Positions 1 to 13,510 of a DNA stretch of 64,000 nucleotides are shown here, piece by piece. The notes under the pieces were generated by a model. It saw nothing but the letters and a program-made list of their open reading frames with translations, had not been told where the DNA came from and did no database searches. Source of the DNA: Chiloscyllium plagiosum (taxonomy: Eukaryota); NCBI RefSeq assembly GCF_004010195.1, contig NC_057718.1:13628553-13692552 (forward strand). Reading direction: 5' to 3'. Each line of letters begins with the position of its first letter. The stretch's first letter is position 1. A program made the translations under genes and the position numbers.

Positions 1-262
1 TATTACGAGGGGGCATAGGTTTAAATTAAGGGGTGGTAGGTATAGGACAGATGTTGGGGGTAGGTTCTTTACTCAGCGAGTCATGAGTTCATGGAATGCT
101 CTGCCAGTAGCAGTGGTGGACTCTCCCTCTTTATGGGCATAAGCGGGCATTGGATAGGCGCATATGGAGGATAGTGGGCTAGTGTAGGTTAGGTGGGCTT
201 GGATCGGCGCAACATCGAGGGCCAAAGGGCCTGTACTGCGCTGTATTCTTCTATGTTCTATG
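1..262 (+). mobile_element. CR1-clade LINE 3' end
   Basis: RGHRFK...GRFFTQRV..SWNALP-type ORF2 C-terminus, followed by a 3' UTR ending in (TTCTATG)2. Confidence 0.8.
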
Positions 263-2410
263 ACACAATTGCAAGACACAGGATTTATAGCAAAAGTTTA
301 CAGTGTGATGTAACTGAAATTATACATTGAAAAATACCTTGATTGTTTGTTAAGTCTCTCATCTGTTAGAATGACCATGTTACCTGGTCATTCTAACAGA
401 TGGCACCTGGAAGTACTCAGGGATGCCCTCATAAGAACTGGTATGATGCTCAACTCATTGACCACCAGTTCCAAAGTGCCTTAGCAAGGAACTGTAATGA
501 CCTCCTCAGGAGTCAGACACGTGCTGCAACTGATAGGGTGCCCTACGTTGTCCAGTACCTCCCAGGAGCCGAAAAAGTACGCCATGTTCTTCGCGGCCTG
601 CAACACATTATCAATGAGGATGAGCACCTCACCAAGACCTTCCCCATATCTCCACTGCTCGCCTTTACCTATATCCCACAGGTGGTTGTTTAAAGTAGTG
701 TTACTTCTGCAATCATATTTACTCATGCAAGGTAAATGAACTCGCACCAGTGCAAATTGTTTCAGCCAAGAGCTGAATCAACAAGAATGGAAACTATGTG
801 AAGGAAATACATAATTGTTTTTGTATTAGCTGAAATGTGCCTGCAAAGAATGATAGATGTTACAGACAAATAGATAAGGTGCTGTGAGGGGAGGGGGTTA
901 AGCTAGATACGCCTGTACAAACAGTAGTTATAAGTATCTGTTTCCCGCTTCTGCAAAAACAAGAACAAACCACAATCAAGAAGTCATGAGGTCATAAGGT
1001 CATAACAAGTAAGGGAGGATATACCTAACAATGGCCCACAGCAGGATGTGGTCAAAAGGCCTTGTGAGGCCAGAAATAAGCATTTTGTCACAGACAAGGC
1101 CGGACAAGGCAAGAGATGAACAAGAGTAATGGGCTGTGGTCTTAGAGAGGTGGGAGATGTAAACAGAGGAGGAGCAATGGGAGGAGAGAATAGGAACCAA
1201 ATTACATAAATGTTGTGTACTAGTTGAATTCAGTATGTGTGTGTCCCTGCGTTGTGGACAGTGGACACCACACCCTCTAGCAAGAGTAAAATAAATGACA
1301 CTACTGATTCAGATCTTGTCTCAGACTGAAATTATTGAAATGAGTGAGCTTTGCTTCTCACACACCAAACCTCAAACAGATCATTGTTCGTAGCAAACTG
1401 CTTGGCTTTCAGGACAACTCCATACAACCCTATCACAGTAGGTGCTGCAAGACGTGTGACAATGTGGACATGGATACCACCATTACGTGTGGGGACACCT
1501 CCCACCATAAACTTGGCAAGTACTCAGGTGCTTCAGCCGACGTTGTCTATCTCATGCGCTGCAGGCAAGGATGCCCTGAGGCACGGTACCTTGGTGAAAC
1601 CGAGCAGAGGCTACGGCAACGGATGAATCAACAGACAGGTGTGTTTCCTCCAAGTTGGAGAACACTTCAGTAGTCCATGATATTTGACTCGGACTTTAAG
1701 TTGACCATCCTCCAAGGCGAACTTCGGAACAGGCATCAGTGAAAAGTGGCCAAGCAGAAGCTGATAGCTAAGTTTGGTACCGGTCGGGAGGGCCTCATCC
1801 GGGCTCTTGGGTTCATGATACACTACAGGTGACCACCATTGCATTATACACACACACACACACACCCTCTCACAGACTTAGACTCCTTTACACTCTCACA
1901 CACACATGTACATTGTCTCTCACAACCCTCCACCCCACACACACACACATATGTTTGTGGGATGAATTTGTACTTGCAGAGTTACATTGTACTTGGCTCA
2001 AAACCTGCATGAATCCATGTAAGATTCTGTTAATTCATTTTTTAGATTAGAATCAGTCTAAACATTATGGCACAGACAGCAGGACACAGGGGAGCTAACA
2101 CCTTCAACACATTATCTGGGCTGACACCAATTGTTAAAGTTAACCTGAGAGTGTAACTTTCAAAAAAAGTTTTGTGATTTACATATGAAAAAGTGAATCT
2201 AACATGGTCATTCTAAGATGAGAGACTTAACAAACAATCAAGGTATTTTTCAATGTATAATTTCAGTGACATCACACTGTCAACTTTTTCTATGAATTCC
2301 GTGTCTTACAATTGTGTACACCACAACCACCTGATGAAGGAGCAGCATTCCGAACTGCTTCCAATTAAACCTGTTGGACTATAACCTGGTGTTATGTGAT
2401 TTTTAACTTT
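263..2410 (+). mobile_element. Penelope-like element (Neptune-type), decayed, with inverted terminal arm and an internal insertion
   Basis: RT-thumb/linker frame 403-670. Cys-rich linker and GIY-YIG motif (CCKTC, VVYLMRCRQGC..YLGET) 1361-1830. CA-rich repeat 1848-1950. Degenerate hammerhead CTGATGA at 2331. 263-381 is the reverse complement of about 2200-2317. Confidence 0.8.
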
Positions 2411-3950
2411 GGAGTCAAGATGTTAACTTTGTTTCTCTGTCCTCAGATGCAGCCAGACCTGTTGAGTTTTATTAGCACTTCCTGTTTTAATCCCCTATCC
2501 ATTGATTCACCTTCAAATTCAAAATATATATAACTCAGCCTGGAATTCATTTAATGACCTTGACTCCACTGTTCTGTGGGAAAAGAAAAGAAAGTTGCCC
2601 TCACCCCTATCTTAAAAGGGAGAACTAATTTCCTAAACAGCGTCCACTAGTTCCTGCTTCCCGCACAAGAGGGCAAGGAAGGCTGGAAGAACACAGCAAG
2701 CCAGGCAGCATCAGGAGGTGGAGAAGTCAATGTATTGGGTATTCTTTGGATTCCAGCATCTGCTTTTTTTTGTCTCCGCACAAGAGGAAGTAACCTGGTA
2801 TTTACCCTTTCTTTCAGATCTTATAAGCTTCAATAACATTGCCTCTTATTTTTCTAAACTCCCAATGAAAATTGGCCCAACCTATTCTAGCTTGCTTCAT
2901 AAGATAAGCCTGGATAGCCTGCCATCTATCCAATATTCTATTCATACTTGTTTGTTGCCACTATAACATCAGCTCCTACTTTGAACTTTTATGAGGTACC
3001 TTGTCAAATATCTTCTGGATCTTAAATGAGGTGACTGATATTGAACAGACTAATATCCAAATGTTGAATTAAACAGTAAAATACTTTCAGAGATTGACTT
3101 AATACAAACATCAGTTTCAATTTTCTCCTTTCTGGAAGCCAACCCTCCACTTGGGAACACTATGGCTATTTTCCCTACTCTATTCAACCTGTTGAGAAAT
3201 GTTATTACACACCACCAGAGCAGGTGTGATTTGAACCCAGGCCTACATATTTGAGACATAGGGACACTACCACTGTACCAAAAAAAATAGTTTACTCTTC
3301 ATGGGGGAATAACTTCGTCTAATGAACATCAACTGCTCTAATTCAGCTTTGAAGCTGTAATGCTTGACCCTTAAGGGCCCTGTTATGGTGCAGTGATAGT
3401 GTCCCTACCCCTGGACTGGGAGGGTCAGGTTTAACTCCCATCTCCTTCAGAAATGTATAATAACATTTCTGATTAATTAAGTTAATTAGAAAAATAGGTT
3501 TATGTTTGACCCTTAAAGGGATCTGCATTTCTAATGCTGACAGGCAATAAGCTCATATTTTAATATTAATTTTCCAAATTTCGCTAGGTTCTGAAAATAT
3601 TCTATTGGATTGGAAAATAGCAAAGAAAACCTCCCTCTTCAAGAAAGGACAAAAGCAGAAAACTAGAAATTACAGACCATTTGGTTTGGTGGCTGTCATG
3701 AGGAAGGTATAAGAATCCATCATTACGAATGTTATATCTGAATACTTGGAAATTAGTGAAGTAATCAGGAAAAGTCCACATGGTTTTGTAAAAGGAAGCC
3801 ATTTTTACTTAATTTATTTCAAAATCTTTGAAGGTGGAGTAACATGCACTTTGGATGAAGGGGAGCCCATTGATATACTGTACTTGGATTTCCAGAAAGC
3901 ATTTGACAAGGCGTCATATGCAAGTTTATTCATGAGCATGAGCTCATGAT

Positions 3951-5717
3951 TGTTGTGGTTCTGTTCGCCGAGCTGGGAATTTGTGTTGCAGACGTTTCGT
4001 CCCCTGTCTAGGTGACATCCTCAGCGCTTGGGAGCCTCCTGTGATGCGCTTCTGTGATGTTTCCTCTGGCATTTATAGTGATTTGTACCTGCCGCTTCCA
4101 GTCGTCAGTTCCAGCTGTCCGCTGCAGTGGCTGGTATATTGGGTCTAGGTCGATGTGCTTATTGATTGAATCTGTGGATGAGTGCCATGCCTCTAGGAAT
4201 TCCCTGGCTGTTCTCTGTTTGGCTTGTCCTATAATAGTAGTGTTGTCCCAGTCGAACTCATGTTGCTTGTCATCTGAGTGTGTGGCTACTAAGGATAGCT
4301 GGTCATGTTGTTTCGTGGCTAGTTGATGTTCATGGATGAGGACCGTTAGCTGTCTTCCTGTTTGTCCTATGTAGTGTTTTGTGCAGTCCTTGCATGGGAT
4401 TTTGTACACTACATTGGTTTTGCTCATGCTGGGTATCGGGTCCTTCGTCCTGGTGAGTTGTTGTCTGAGAGTGGCTGTTGGTTTGTGTGCTGTTATGAGT
4501 CCCAGTGGTCGCAGTCGTCTGGCTGTCAGTTCAGAAATGTTTTTGATGTATGGTAGTGTGGCTAGTCCTTTGGGTTGTGGCATGTCCTCATTCCGTTGTC
4601 TTTCCCTTAGGCATCTGTTGATGAAATTGCGGGGGTATCCGTTTTTGGCGAATACATTGTATAGGTGTTCTTCTTCCTCTTTTTGCAGTTCTGGTGTACT
4701 GCAGTGTGTTGTGGCCCTTTTGAACAGTGTCTTGATGCAACTCTTTTGTGTGTGTTGAGGTGGTTGCTTTCGTAGTTTAAGACTTGGTCTGCGTGTGTGG
4801 CTTTCCTGTATACCTTTGTGGTGAAATCTCCGTTCGGTGTTCTCCATACCATCACGTCTAGGAATGGGAGTTGGTTGTCCTTTTCTTCCTCTCTAGTGAA
4901 TCGGATTCCTGTGAGTGTGCCATTGATGATCCAGTGTATGTTCTCTATTTCTGTGTTTTTAATGATTACAAAAGTATCATCTACATATCTGACCCAGAGT
5001 TTGGGTTGAATTTGCAGTAAGACTGTTTGTTCTAACCTTTGCATTACCGCTTCTGCTGTGAGTCCAGAGACGGGTGAGCCCATGGGTGTGCCGTTGATTT
5101 GTTCATATATTTGGTTATTGAATGTGAAGTGTGTTGTGAGGCACAGGTCCAGTAGTTCGAGTATGCCGTCTTTGTTGATAGGTTCCCTGTCTTGTTGTTT
5201 GTTCTGTATGTCCAGCAGGTTGGCTATTGTTTCTCTGGCTAGGGTTTTGTCGATAGAGGTGAACAATGCTGTTACATCAAATGAGACCATAGTTACTTCC
5301 TTGTCTATGTGTATATTTCTGATGATGTCCAAGAATTCCTGTGTTGATTGTATAGGGTGTCTGGATCCGCTGATCAGGTGTTTCAGTTTCTGTTGTAGTT
5401 CTTTAGCCAGTTTGTGTGATGGGGTCCCTGGTAGTGATACTATGGATCTGAGTGGGATGTTTGGTTTGTGCTCTTTAGGTCGTCCATAGAATCTGGGGGT
5501 GTTGTTGCTTTCAGGTTTCATTCTCTGTAGGTCAAACCTGGTTATCTGTCCGTTTTTTTGTAGGTTCCTCAGCGTGTTGTTTATCCTATTGGTGAGCTGT
5601 GGGGTGGGGTCAAACACCCTCTATCAACGTAGTGTACACTGCAACACAAATTCCCAGCTTGGCGAACAGAACCACAACAACGAGCACCCGAGCTACAAAT
5701 CTTCTCACAAACTTTGA
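3951..5717 (-). mobile_element. Penelope/Poseidon-type PLE, 5'-truncated, encoding RT plus GIY-YIG (one frameshift), with a short oppositely oriented terminal arm
   Basis: ORFs 4607..5617 (SFDVTALFT, GTPMGSP, RYVDDTF) and 4008..4847 (VVYKIPCKDC..YIGQTGR). Flanked by direct repeat TGAGCTCATGAT at 3939-3950 and 5715-5726. Plus-oriented 3' terminus at 5640-5717. Confidence 0.93.
3988..4027 (-). ncRNA. Minimal type-I hammerhead ribozyme motif (PLE-associated)
   Basis: Minus strand reads GCG-CTGAGGA-T-GTCACCT(AGAC)AGGGGAC-GAAAC-GTC-TGC: CUGANGA core, stem II, GAAA, GUC triplet and a 3-bp stem I. Confidence 0.75.
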
Positions 5718-6265
5718 GCTCATGATATAGAGATTTACATATTAGTATATATAGAAGATTGGCTGGCTGACAGAAAATTGGGTATGCATAAATAGTTCTT
5801 TTTCTGATTGACAAGATGTGACAAGTGGCATCTTGCAGGGGACTGTGCTTGGGCCTCAATGGTTTGCAATTTATATCATGACAGATGAGGGGAGTGAAGC
5901 CATGGTAGCAAAATTTGCAATTGACATGAAGACAGATTCCTATTGGTATACTGTGTGAGCAGGTCAAAGTCTGGCAAATGGATTTTTATGTGGAGAAGCA
6001 TGAAGTGTTCATTTTGGCAGGAAGAATAAAAGTTCAGAGTATTATTTAAAAGGGAGTGATTGCAGAGTTCTAAGGTGCACATAAATCTATATGCTCTTCT
6101 ACATGAGTGACAAAATGTTATTATACATGCACAACAAGTAATTAAGATTGAATGGAATTATGTCTTCTATTAGGAAGGGAATTGAATATTAAAGTAAGGG
6201 TGCTATGTTTTAGTTAGACAGGGCAATCACATCTTTAAACTTGAGTGCAGTTTTGATCTTATTTA

Positions 6266-6472
6266 TTAGATTAGATTACTTACAGTGTGGAAACAGGCCC
6301 TACGGCCCAACAAGTCCACACCGACCCTCCAAAGAGCAACTCACCCAGACCCCTTCCCCTACATTTACCCCTTCACCTAGCACTACGGGCAATTTAGCTT
6401 GGCCAGTTCACTTAACCTGCACATTTTTGGGCTGTGGGAGGACACCGGAGCACCCGGAGGAAACCCATGCAA
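6266..6472 (-). mobile_element. HE1/V-SINE, 5'-truncated
   Basis: V-domain (gggtttcctccgggtgctccggt) and (TCTAA)n tail. Homologous to 20778-21092. Confidence 0.8.
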
Positions 6473-6924
6473 ATTTAAGGAAGGATGTAAAAGTGCTGGA
6501 AGTTGTTCAGATGGGGTGGATTATATTGATACTTAGAATAAATGGATTGTTTTATGAGGAGAGGAGGGACAGGTTGGATTTGTTTTCACTGGAGTTTAGA
6601 AAGTGAAGTGACTTGATGAAGTGTATAAGATACTGAATGGTCTTGACAAGGTGGACTTGGAAAGGATGTTTTAAAATTAAGAGTGGTCCATTTTGGATTG
6701 AGATGAGGAGAACTGTTATCTCCAAGGTTGTGTAACTTTGTAACTCTTTGTCTCAGAAGACAGTGGAGGTGGGTCAATTAATATCTTGCTTTGGATTTCC
6801 AGCATCCATAGTTCTTTGGTTTATTGTTAGTTCAGACTCCCCAATTTACTTTCAATAGCTCCATCGTATCACTTACGTCTAACTGATAGGATAAGTGAGG
6901 TTTCTGTTTAATGTATCATATGAA

Positions 6925-7632
6925 GTCATAGAGATGTACAGCACGGAGACAGACCTTGGTCCAACCCTGTCCATGCCGACCAGATATCCCAACCCAATCT
7001 AGTCCCACCTGCCAGCACCTGGCCCATATCCCTCCAAACCCTTTCTAATCATATACCCATCCAAATACCTCTTAAATGTTGCAATTTTACCAGCCTCCAC
7101 CACTTCCTCTGGCAGCTCATTCCATACACGTACCACCCTCTGTGTGAAAACGTTGCCCCAGAGGTCTCTTTTATATCTTTCCCCTCTCACCCTAAACCTA
7201 TGCCCTCTAGTTCTGGACTCCCCGACCCCAGGGAAAAGACTTTGCCTATTTAGCCTATCCATGCCCCTCATAATTTTGTAAACCTCTATAAGGTCACCCC
7301 TCAGCCACCACGCTCTGGGGAAAACAGCCCCACCCTGTTCAGCCTCTCCCTATAGCTCAAATCCTCCAATCCTTGTAAATCTTTTCTGAACCCTTTCAAG
7401 TTTCTCAACATCTTTCCGATAGGAAGGAGACCAGAATTGCACACAATATTCCATTGGCCTAACCAATGTCCTGTACAGCTGCAACATGACCTCCCAACTC
7501 CTGCACTCAATACTCTGATCAAGAAAGGAAAGCAAACCAAATGCCTTCTTCACTATCCTATCTACCTGCGATTCCACTTTCAAGGAGCTATGAACCTACA
7601 CTCCAAGGTCTCTTTGTTCAGCAACACTCCCT
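6925..7632 (-). mobile_element. CR1/HER1-type LINE 3' fragment
   Basis: LYRTLVRP..EYCVQFWSP and RGHRFRVRG..FTQRVVRVWNELP on -, with the 3' tail ctctatgact. Confidence 0.88.
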
Positions 7633-9454
7633 ATGATATGTCCTAAAGTGCACCACTCCCTTACTATTGCACTGAAGTGATTGTGTTCATGTCTGTACAT
7701 GATACTTGAACACATAACCTTCTGATTCAGAGGTGAATGCTACCACTTAATCATAGCTGACACTATCATAGTAATTTCATCTGTTCTGCTTTTTAGATAA
7801 GCCAAAATAAATATTCATAGAATCCCTATGCACAGAGGGCATTTGTCCCATCAAGTTTGCACCATCCTTACAAAGAGCATCCCAACCCACCAACTTATTG
7901 CCATGTTTACACAGGTAACTCACCTAGCCTGGAAACTATAGGCAATTTAGCATGGCCAATCAACAATAGGTAGAAAATACTGAATGTGTACTTGCTGACA
8001 GTCATCACGAATTGTTATGACCCTGCAGGAGGCCATTCAGCCCATTGTGCTGGCTCTTAAAACAAGCATCATTACCTAATGCTAACCTTCTGTTTTTGCC
8101 CCATACCTTTCACTCTATTTCCATCTAAATTGAATGCCCTCTTTAATGCTTTAACTGAACGTGCCTCCACTACAATTCCAGGCAGTACATTGCAAATCTT
8201 CAGTGCTTGCTGTGTGAAAAATTCTCGTATTGCTCTTGCTTCTTTTGCAAATCACTTTAAGTCTATGCCCCCTTGTTCTTGTTCCTTTTATAGTAATTGT
8301 ACCAATTCTTAAAATAATTTTGAAAAGGCTAGGGAATATTAATGGAATAGATCATGAAGAGAATGGTTTAAAGTGCACTTGTCGTGAACATATGTAATTG
8401 CCATGAAAGTTTTAACTTTACATCTGTGATCATAGAAACAGGATCAGGATTCCATAATCCACGTGGCTGCTTTCAAACCTAATACCTTTCAGTAAGCCAT
8501 TCTGTTTTAAATGGCAGTGTGATTGTTCAGAATAACTGAAGCCAATTCATTGTCAGCTCAGATTTCCACATATTATGTCACTGCATGGAAAGAGTTGGCT
8601 AACCACCGTATTGCTTTAAATACAAACAATGGTATAATAACAAAAACAGAAATTGCTGGAAAAGATCAGCAAATCTGGTGGCATTTGTGAACAGAAATCA
8701 GAGTTAACATATTGGATCCAGTGACCCTTCCTCAGAACTGATAACAACCAGTCATTTTCAAACTTCAATTTTGAAGTTCATAATTTATAAGCATCCTCTT
8801 TATAATTATTTTAAACAATCTAAAGTTAATTATAACATCTTTACTGATATTTTCAAGAGTATTTGAAAACCATTTAATTTTCATAATGTGTTGGGTTTTC
8901 CTATACCAAACCATGCTGCTCCACAAATCACCAGGTCAGACGAGTGAGGGACAGTTACCTCTTAAGAGTTATGTCTTCTAATTTTAATAAAGGTGCATAA
9001 ACAGTTATGTAATTAATTGTTCATACATGAATTGTTCCAATGTAAAATGGAATGAACAGCTGGAATCAAAAATCATGAAAATGCACATACTTTAAATGTA
9101 TGAGTGAAATAGAAGGTTGTAAATTAGAACTCTGTTAATAGAAATAAACTTATTGTTTATTCTTCAGTTTCTTAATTAACTGCTCAACTTGCAGCAGACT
9201 AAATATTAAACCTCTTAATTTTTTGTCATATTTACATCCTTAATATAGTGTAAGTAACTTTATTTTGCAGTTTTGGTTGTAACTAAGAAAATGTATTTCT
9301 TAACAGAGTCAGTAGTGACCACAAGGACTTTGGAGAAAACACCCAGAATAGGAATACCCTGTGTGGAAAACGTTGCTTTTATGTATAGATTATTTAAGTC
9401 CATCCACATTATAAAGAAGCACGTGACAATTATGAATGAGAGAGAGAGAGTTAG

Positions 9455-9990
9455 AAATTGTCCAAATGCAGCAAGATCTAGACAATGTTTGGGTTGACAA
9501 GTAGTAAGTAACATTTGTGCCATACAAGTCCAGGCAGTGACCATCTCCAACAAGAGAGCACCTAACCATCACCCCTTGACAGTCAATGGCATTACCAACA
9601 GTGAATCCAGCACCATCAACATTCTGGGGAATAACCATTGGCCAGAAACTGAACTGGATGAACCATATAAATACAGTGGCTACAAAAGGAGGTCAGAAAC
9701 TAGGAATCTTGAGGCAAGTGACTCAATCCTGCCTTTCCAATGGCTGTCCACCATCTACAAGGCAAGAGTCAGGAGAAGGATGCAATATTCCTCACTGGCC
9801 TGGACGAGTATAACTCCCAACACTCAAGAAGCTTAACACCTTCCACAACAAAGCAGTCTACTTGATTGCCACCACATCCACTATCTCCTTTAAACTGCAT
9901 CTTCCAAACAGACAACCACTATCACAAAGAAGGATAAGGACAGCAGATACATGGGACCACCACTCCCTGCAGGATCTCCGCCAAGCCACT
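9455..9990 (+). mobile_element. Old LINE (CR1/L2-group) 3' fragment
   Basis: W.DK.QVTF.P.K and LG.TI.QKLNW..HIN motifs. Related copies near 23400-23530, 35390-36030 and 56870-57585. Confidence 0.6.
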
Positions 9991-12900
9991 CAGGGTAATC
10001 CACGATGGACGATGAGAAAACTTTCTGGCTGTTGACAGGCTGCTCCTTTTTTGAGGTATTTTAGGTGTGGGAGGGGATTTCCTCAAATTCCAGGAGCAGT
10101 TACTGTTTTACATGCTGTTGCATTGTTTTGGAAGTTTGGGGGAAAAAATTCAAAACAACGGCACTTTTAAAAGGGAGAGGAACCAACAAAGGCAGTATAT
10201 GGTCTGTGCAGGAGACAGAGAGAGGAAGAAGCCCACACTGTGAACTGACACAGCAGTGAAGCTGCACAGTTACTGCCTTTGCTGTTGGATTTTTGTATTG
10301 CTGGACATTGGAGTGTGTCTGAGAAAATTAACAAACAGTGAAATTCACAATTCACCTTGGAGGAACCTGTTTGGGAGAAGTCATAGCACAGAGTCAAATA
10401 AGTGAATAGTTTTAAGTTTGGCCTTGGGGCTTTTCTGTAAATCTGCAGTAATGAGAAGGGTGAGTTCTTTCTTGATTATATGTTTTATTGAGATATGTCT
10501 CTTTATTAAACTTAAAAATATACGCCATAAGTTTTAAGTTAGCCTGGAGCAGTGTTTTGTACAGGAATAAGACGGTGCTATTTTCTGGGTCTGAAGACTA
10601 GAAGAAGCAAAAATGGCCTTGAGTAGAGTGATAGGCTCTTCTTGTCAGATGTGGGAGTTTAGGGAGAGTTACTGAGGATTATATCTGCAATAAATGCCAT
10701 TGGTTGCGAATCCTATCAGATCAAATGGATCGGTTGGAGATAGTGATGAAAGAGATCAATCTGAGACTGGTACAGGTAAGAAAAGAAGCAAGTGAAACAG
10801 TCAGGACAGGCAGGGACAAAGCACAGAACAAGGTAGGACTGATAAATTAAACTGCATTTATTTCAATGCAAGAGGCCTAACAGGGAAGGCAGATGAACTC
10901 AGGGCATGGTTAGGAATAGGGACTGGTATATTATAGCAATTACAGAAACATGGCTTAGGAATGGACAGGACTGGAAGCTTAATGTTCCAGGATACAAATG
11001 CTACAGGAAGGACAGAAAGGGAGGCAAGAGAGGTGTGGGAATGGCGTTTTTGATGAGGAATGGCATTACAACTTTACTGTGGGAGGATATTCATGGAAAT
11101 ACATCCGGTGAAGTTATTTGGTGGAACTGAGAAATAAGAAATGGATGATCACCTTATTGGGATTGGATTATAGACCCCCTAATAATCAGAGCAAAATTGA
11201 GAAGCAAATTTGTAAGGAGACCTCACTTATCTGCAAGAATAATAGGGTGGTTATGGTAGGGGATTTTAACTTTCCAAACATAGACTGGGTCTGCCATGGT
11301 GGTAAGGGTTTAGATGGAGAGAAATTTGTTAAGCACGTACAAGAAAATTTTCTGATTCAGTATGTGAATGTACCTACTAGAGAAGGTGCAAAACTTTACC
11401 TACTCTTGGGAAATAAGGCAGGGCAGGTGACTGAGGTGTCAATAGGAGAGCACTTTGGTGCCAGTGACCGTAATTCTATTAGTTTTAAAATACTGGTGGA
11501 ATAGGATAGACCAGATCTAAAAGTTGAAGTTCTAACTTGGAAAAAGGCCAATTGTGATGGTATTCGGCAAGAACTTTCAAAATCTGATTGGGGGCAGATA
11601 TTCGCAAGTAAAGGGATGGCTGGAAAATGGGAAGCTTTCAGAAATGAGATAACAAGTCCAGAGACAGTATATTCCTGCTGGGGGGAAAGGAAAGGCTGGT
11701 AGTTCTAGAGAATGTTGGATGACTAAAGAGATTGAGAATTCGGTTAAAAAAAAGAAGGAAGCATATTTCAGGTATAGACAGGATAGATTGAGTGAATCTT
11801 TAGAGTATAAAGACAGTAGGAGTATACTTAAGAGGGATATCAGGAGGGTAGAAAAAGGAGACATGAGAGAGCTTTGACAAATAGAGTTAAGGAGAATCCA
11901 AAGGGTTTTTTACAAATACATTAAGGACAAAAGGGTAACTGGGAGAAAATACGTCCCCTCAAAGATCAGCAAGACAGCCTTTCTGTGCAGCCGCAGGAGA
12001 TGAGGGAGATACTAAATGAGTACTTTGCATCAGTATTTACTGTGGAAAAGGACATGGAAAATATAGAATGTATGGAAATAGATGGTGACATCTTAACAAA
12101 TGTCCATATTACAGAGGAGGAAGTGCTGGATGTCTTGAAATGCATAAAAATGGATAAATCTCCAGGACCCGATCAGGTGTACCGTAGAACTCTGTGGGAA
12201 GCTAGGGAAGTGATTGCTGGGCCTCTTGCTGAGATATTTATATCATCGATAGTCACAGGTGAGGTTCCAGAAGACTGGAGGTTGGCTAACGTGATGCCAC
12301 TACTTAAGAAAGGCAGTAAGGACAAACTAGGGAACTATAGACCAATGAGCCTGACATCGGTGGTGGGCAAGTTGTTGGAGGGAATACTGAGGGCCATGAT
12401 GTACATGTATTTGGAAAGGCAAGGACTGATTAGGGATCGTCAACATGGCTTTGTGCGTGGGAAATCATGTCTCACAAACTTGAGTTTTTTGAAGAAGTAA
12501 CAAAGAGGATTGATGAAAACAGAGCGGTAGCTGTGATTTATATGGACTTCAGTAAGGAATTTGACAAGGTTTCCCATGGGAGACTGGTTAGCAAGGTTAG
12601 ATCTCATGGAGTACAGGGAGAACTAGCCATTTGGATACAGAACTGACACGAAGGTAGAGGACAGAGGGTGGTGGTAGAGGGTTGTTTTTCAGACTGGAGG
12701 CCTATGACCAGTGGAGTGCCAAAGGATCGGTGCTGGGTCCACTACTTTTTGTCACTTATATAAATGATTTGGATGTATAGCATAAGAGGTATAGTTAGTA
12801 AGTTTGCAGATGATACCAAAATTGGAGGTGTCGTGGACAGTGAAGTAGGTTACCTCAGATTACAACAGGAACTTGATCAGGTGAGCCAATGGGCTGAGGA

Positions 12901-13510
12901 GTGGCAGATTGAGTTTAATTTAGATAAATGCAAGGTGCTCCATTGAAGGAAAGGAAATCTGAGCAGAACGTATACACTTAATGATAAGGTCCTAAGGAGT
13001 GTTGCCGAACAAAAAGACCTTGAAGTGCAGGTTCATAACTCATTGAAAGTAGAGTCGCTGGTGGATAGGATAGTGAAGAAGGCGTTTGGTATGCTTTCCT
13101 TTATTAGTCAGAGCATTCAGTATAGGAGTTGAGACATCATGTCGCAGCTGTACGGGACTTTGGTTCATCACTTTTGGAACATTGCATGCAATTCTGGTCT
13201 CTTTTCTATCGGAAGGATGTTGTGAAACTTGAAAGGGTTCAGAAAAGATTTAGAAGGATGTTGCTAGGATTGGAGGATTTGAGCCATAGGGAGAGGCTGA
13301 ATAGCATGGGGCTGTTTTCCCTGGAGCATCGAAGCCTGAGGGGTGACCTCATAGAGGTTTATAAAATCATGGGGGGCTTGGATTGTTCGTAGCAAACTGC
13401 CTGGCTTTCAAGACAACTCCATACAACCCTATCACAGTAGGTGCTGCAAGACGTGTGACAATGTGGACATGGATACCACCATTACGTGGGGGAACACCTC
13501 CCACCATAAA

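Larger units (their letters stand above)
3530..6780 (+). mobile_element. Old CR1 LINE ORF2 remnant, interrupted by a PLE (3951-5717) and a SINE (6266-6472)
   Basis: HGFVKG...YLDFQKAFDK before the PLE. Continues after the TSD with degenerate QGTVLGP and KFA.D motifs. Confidence 0.7.
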
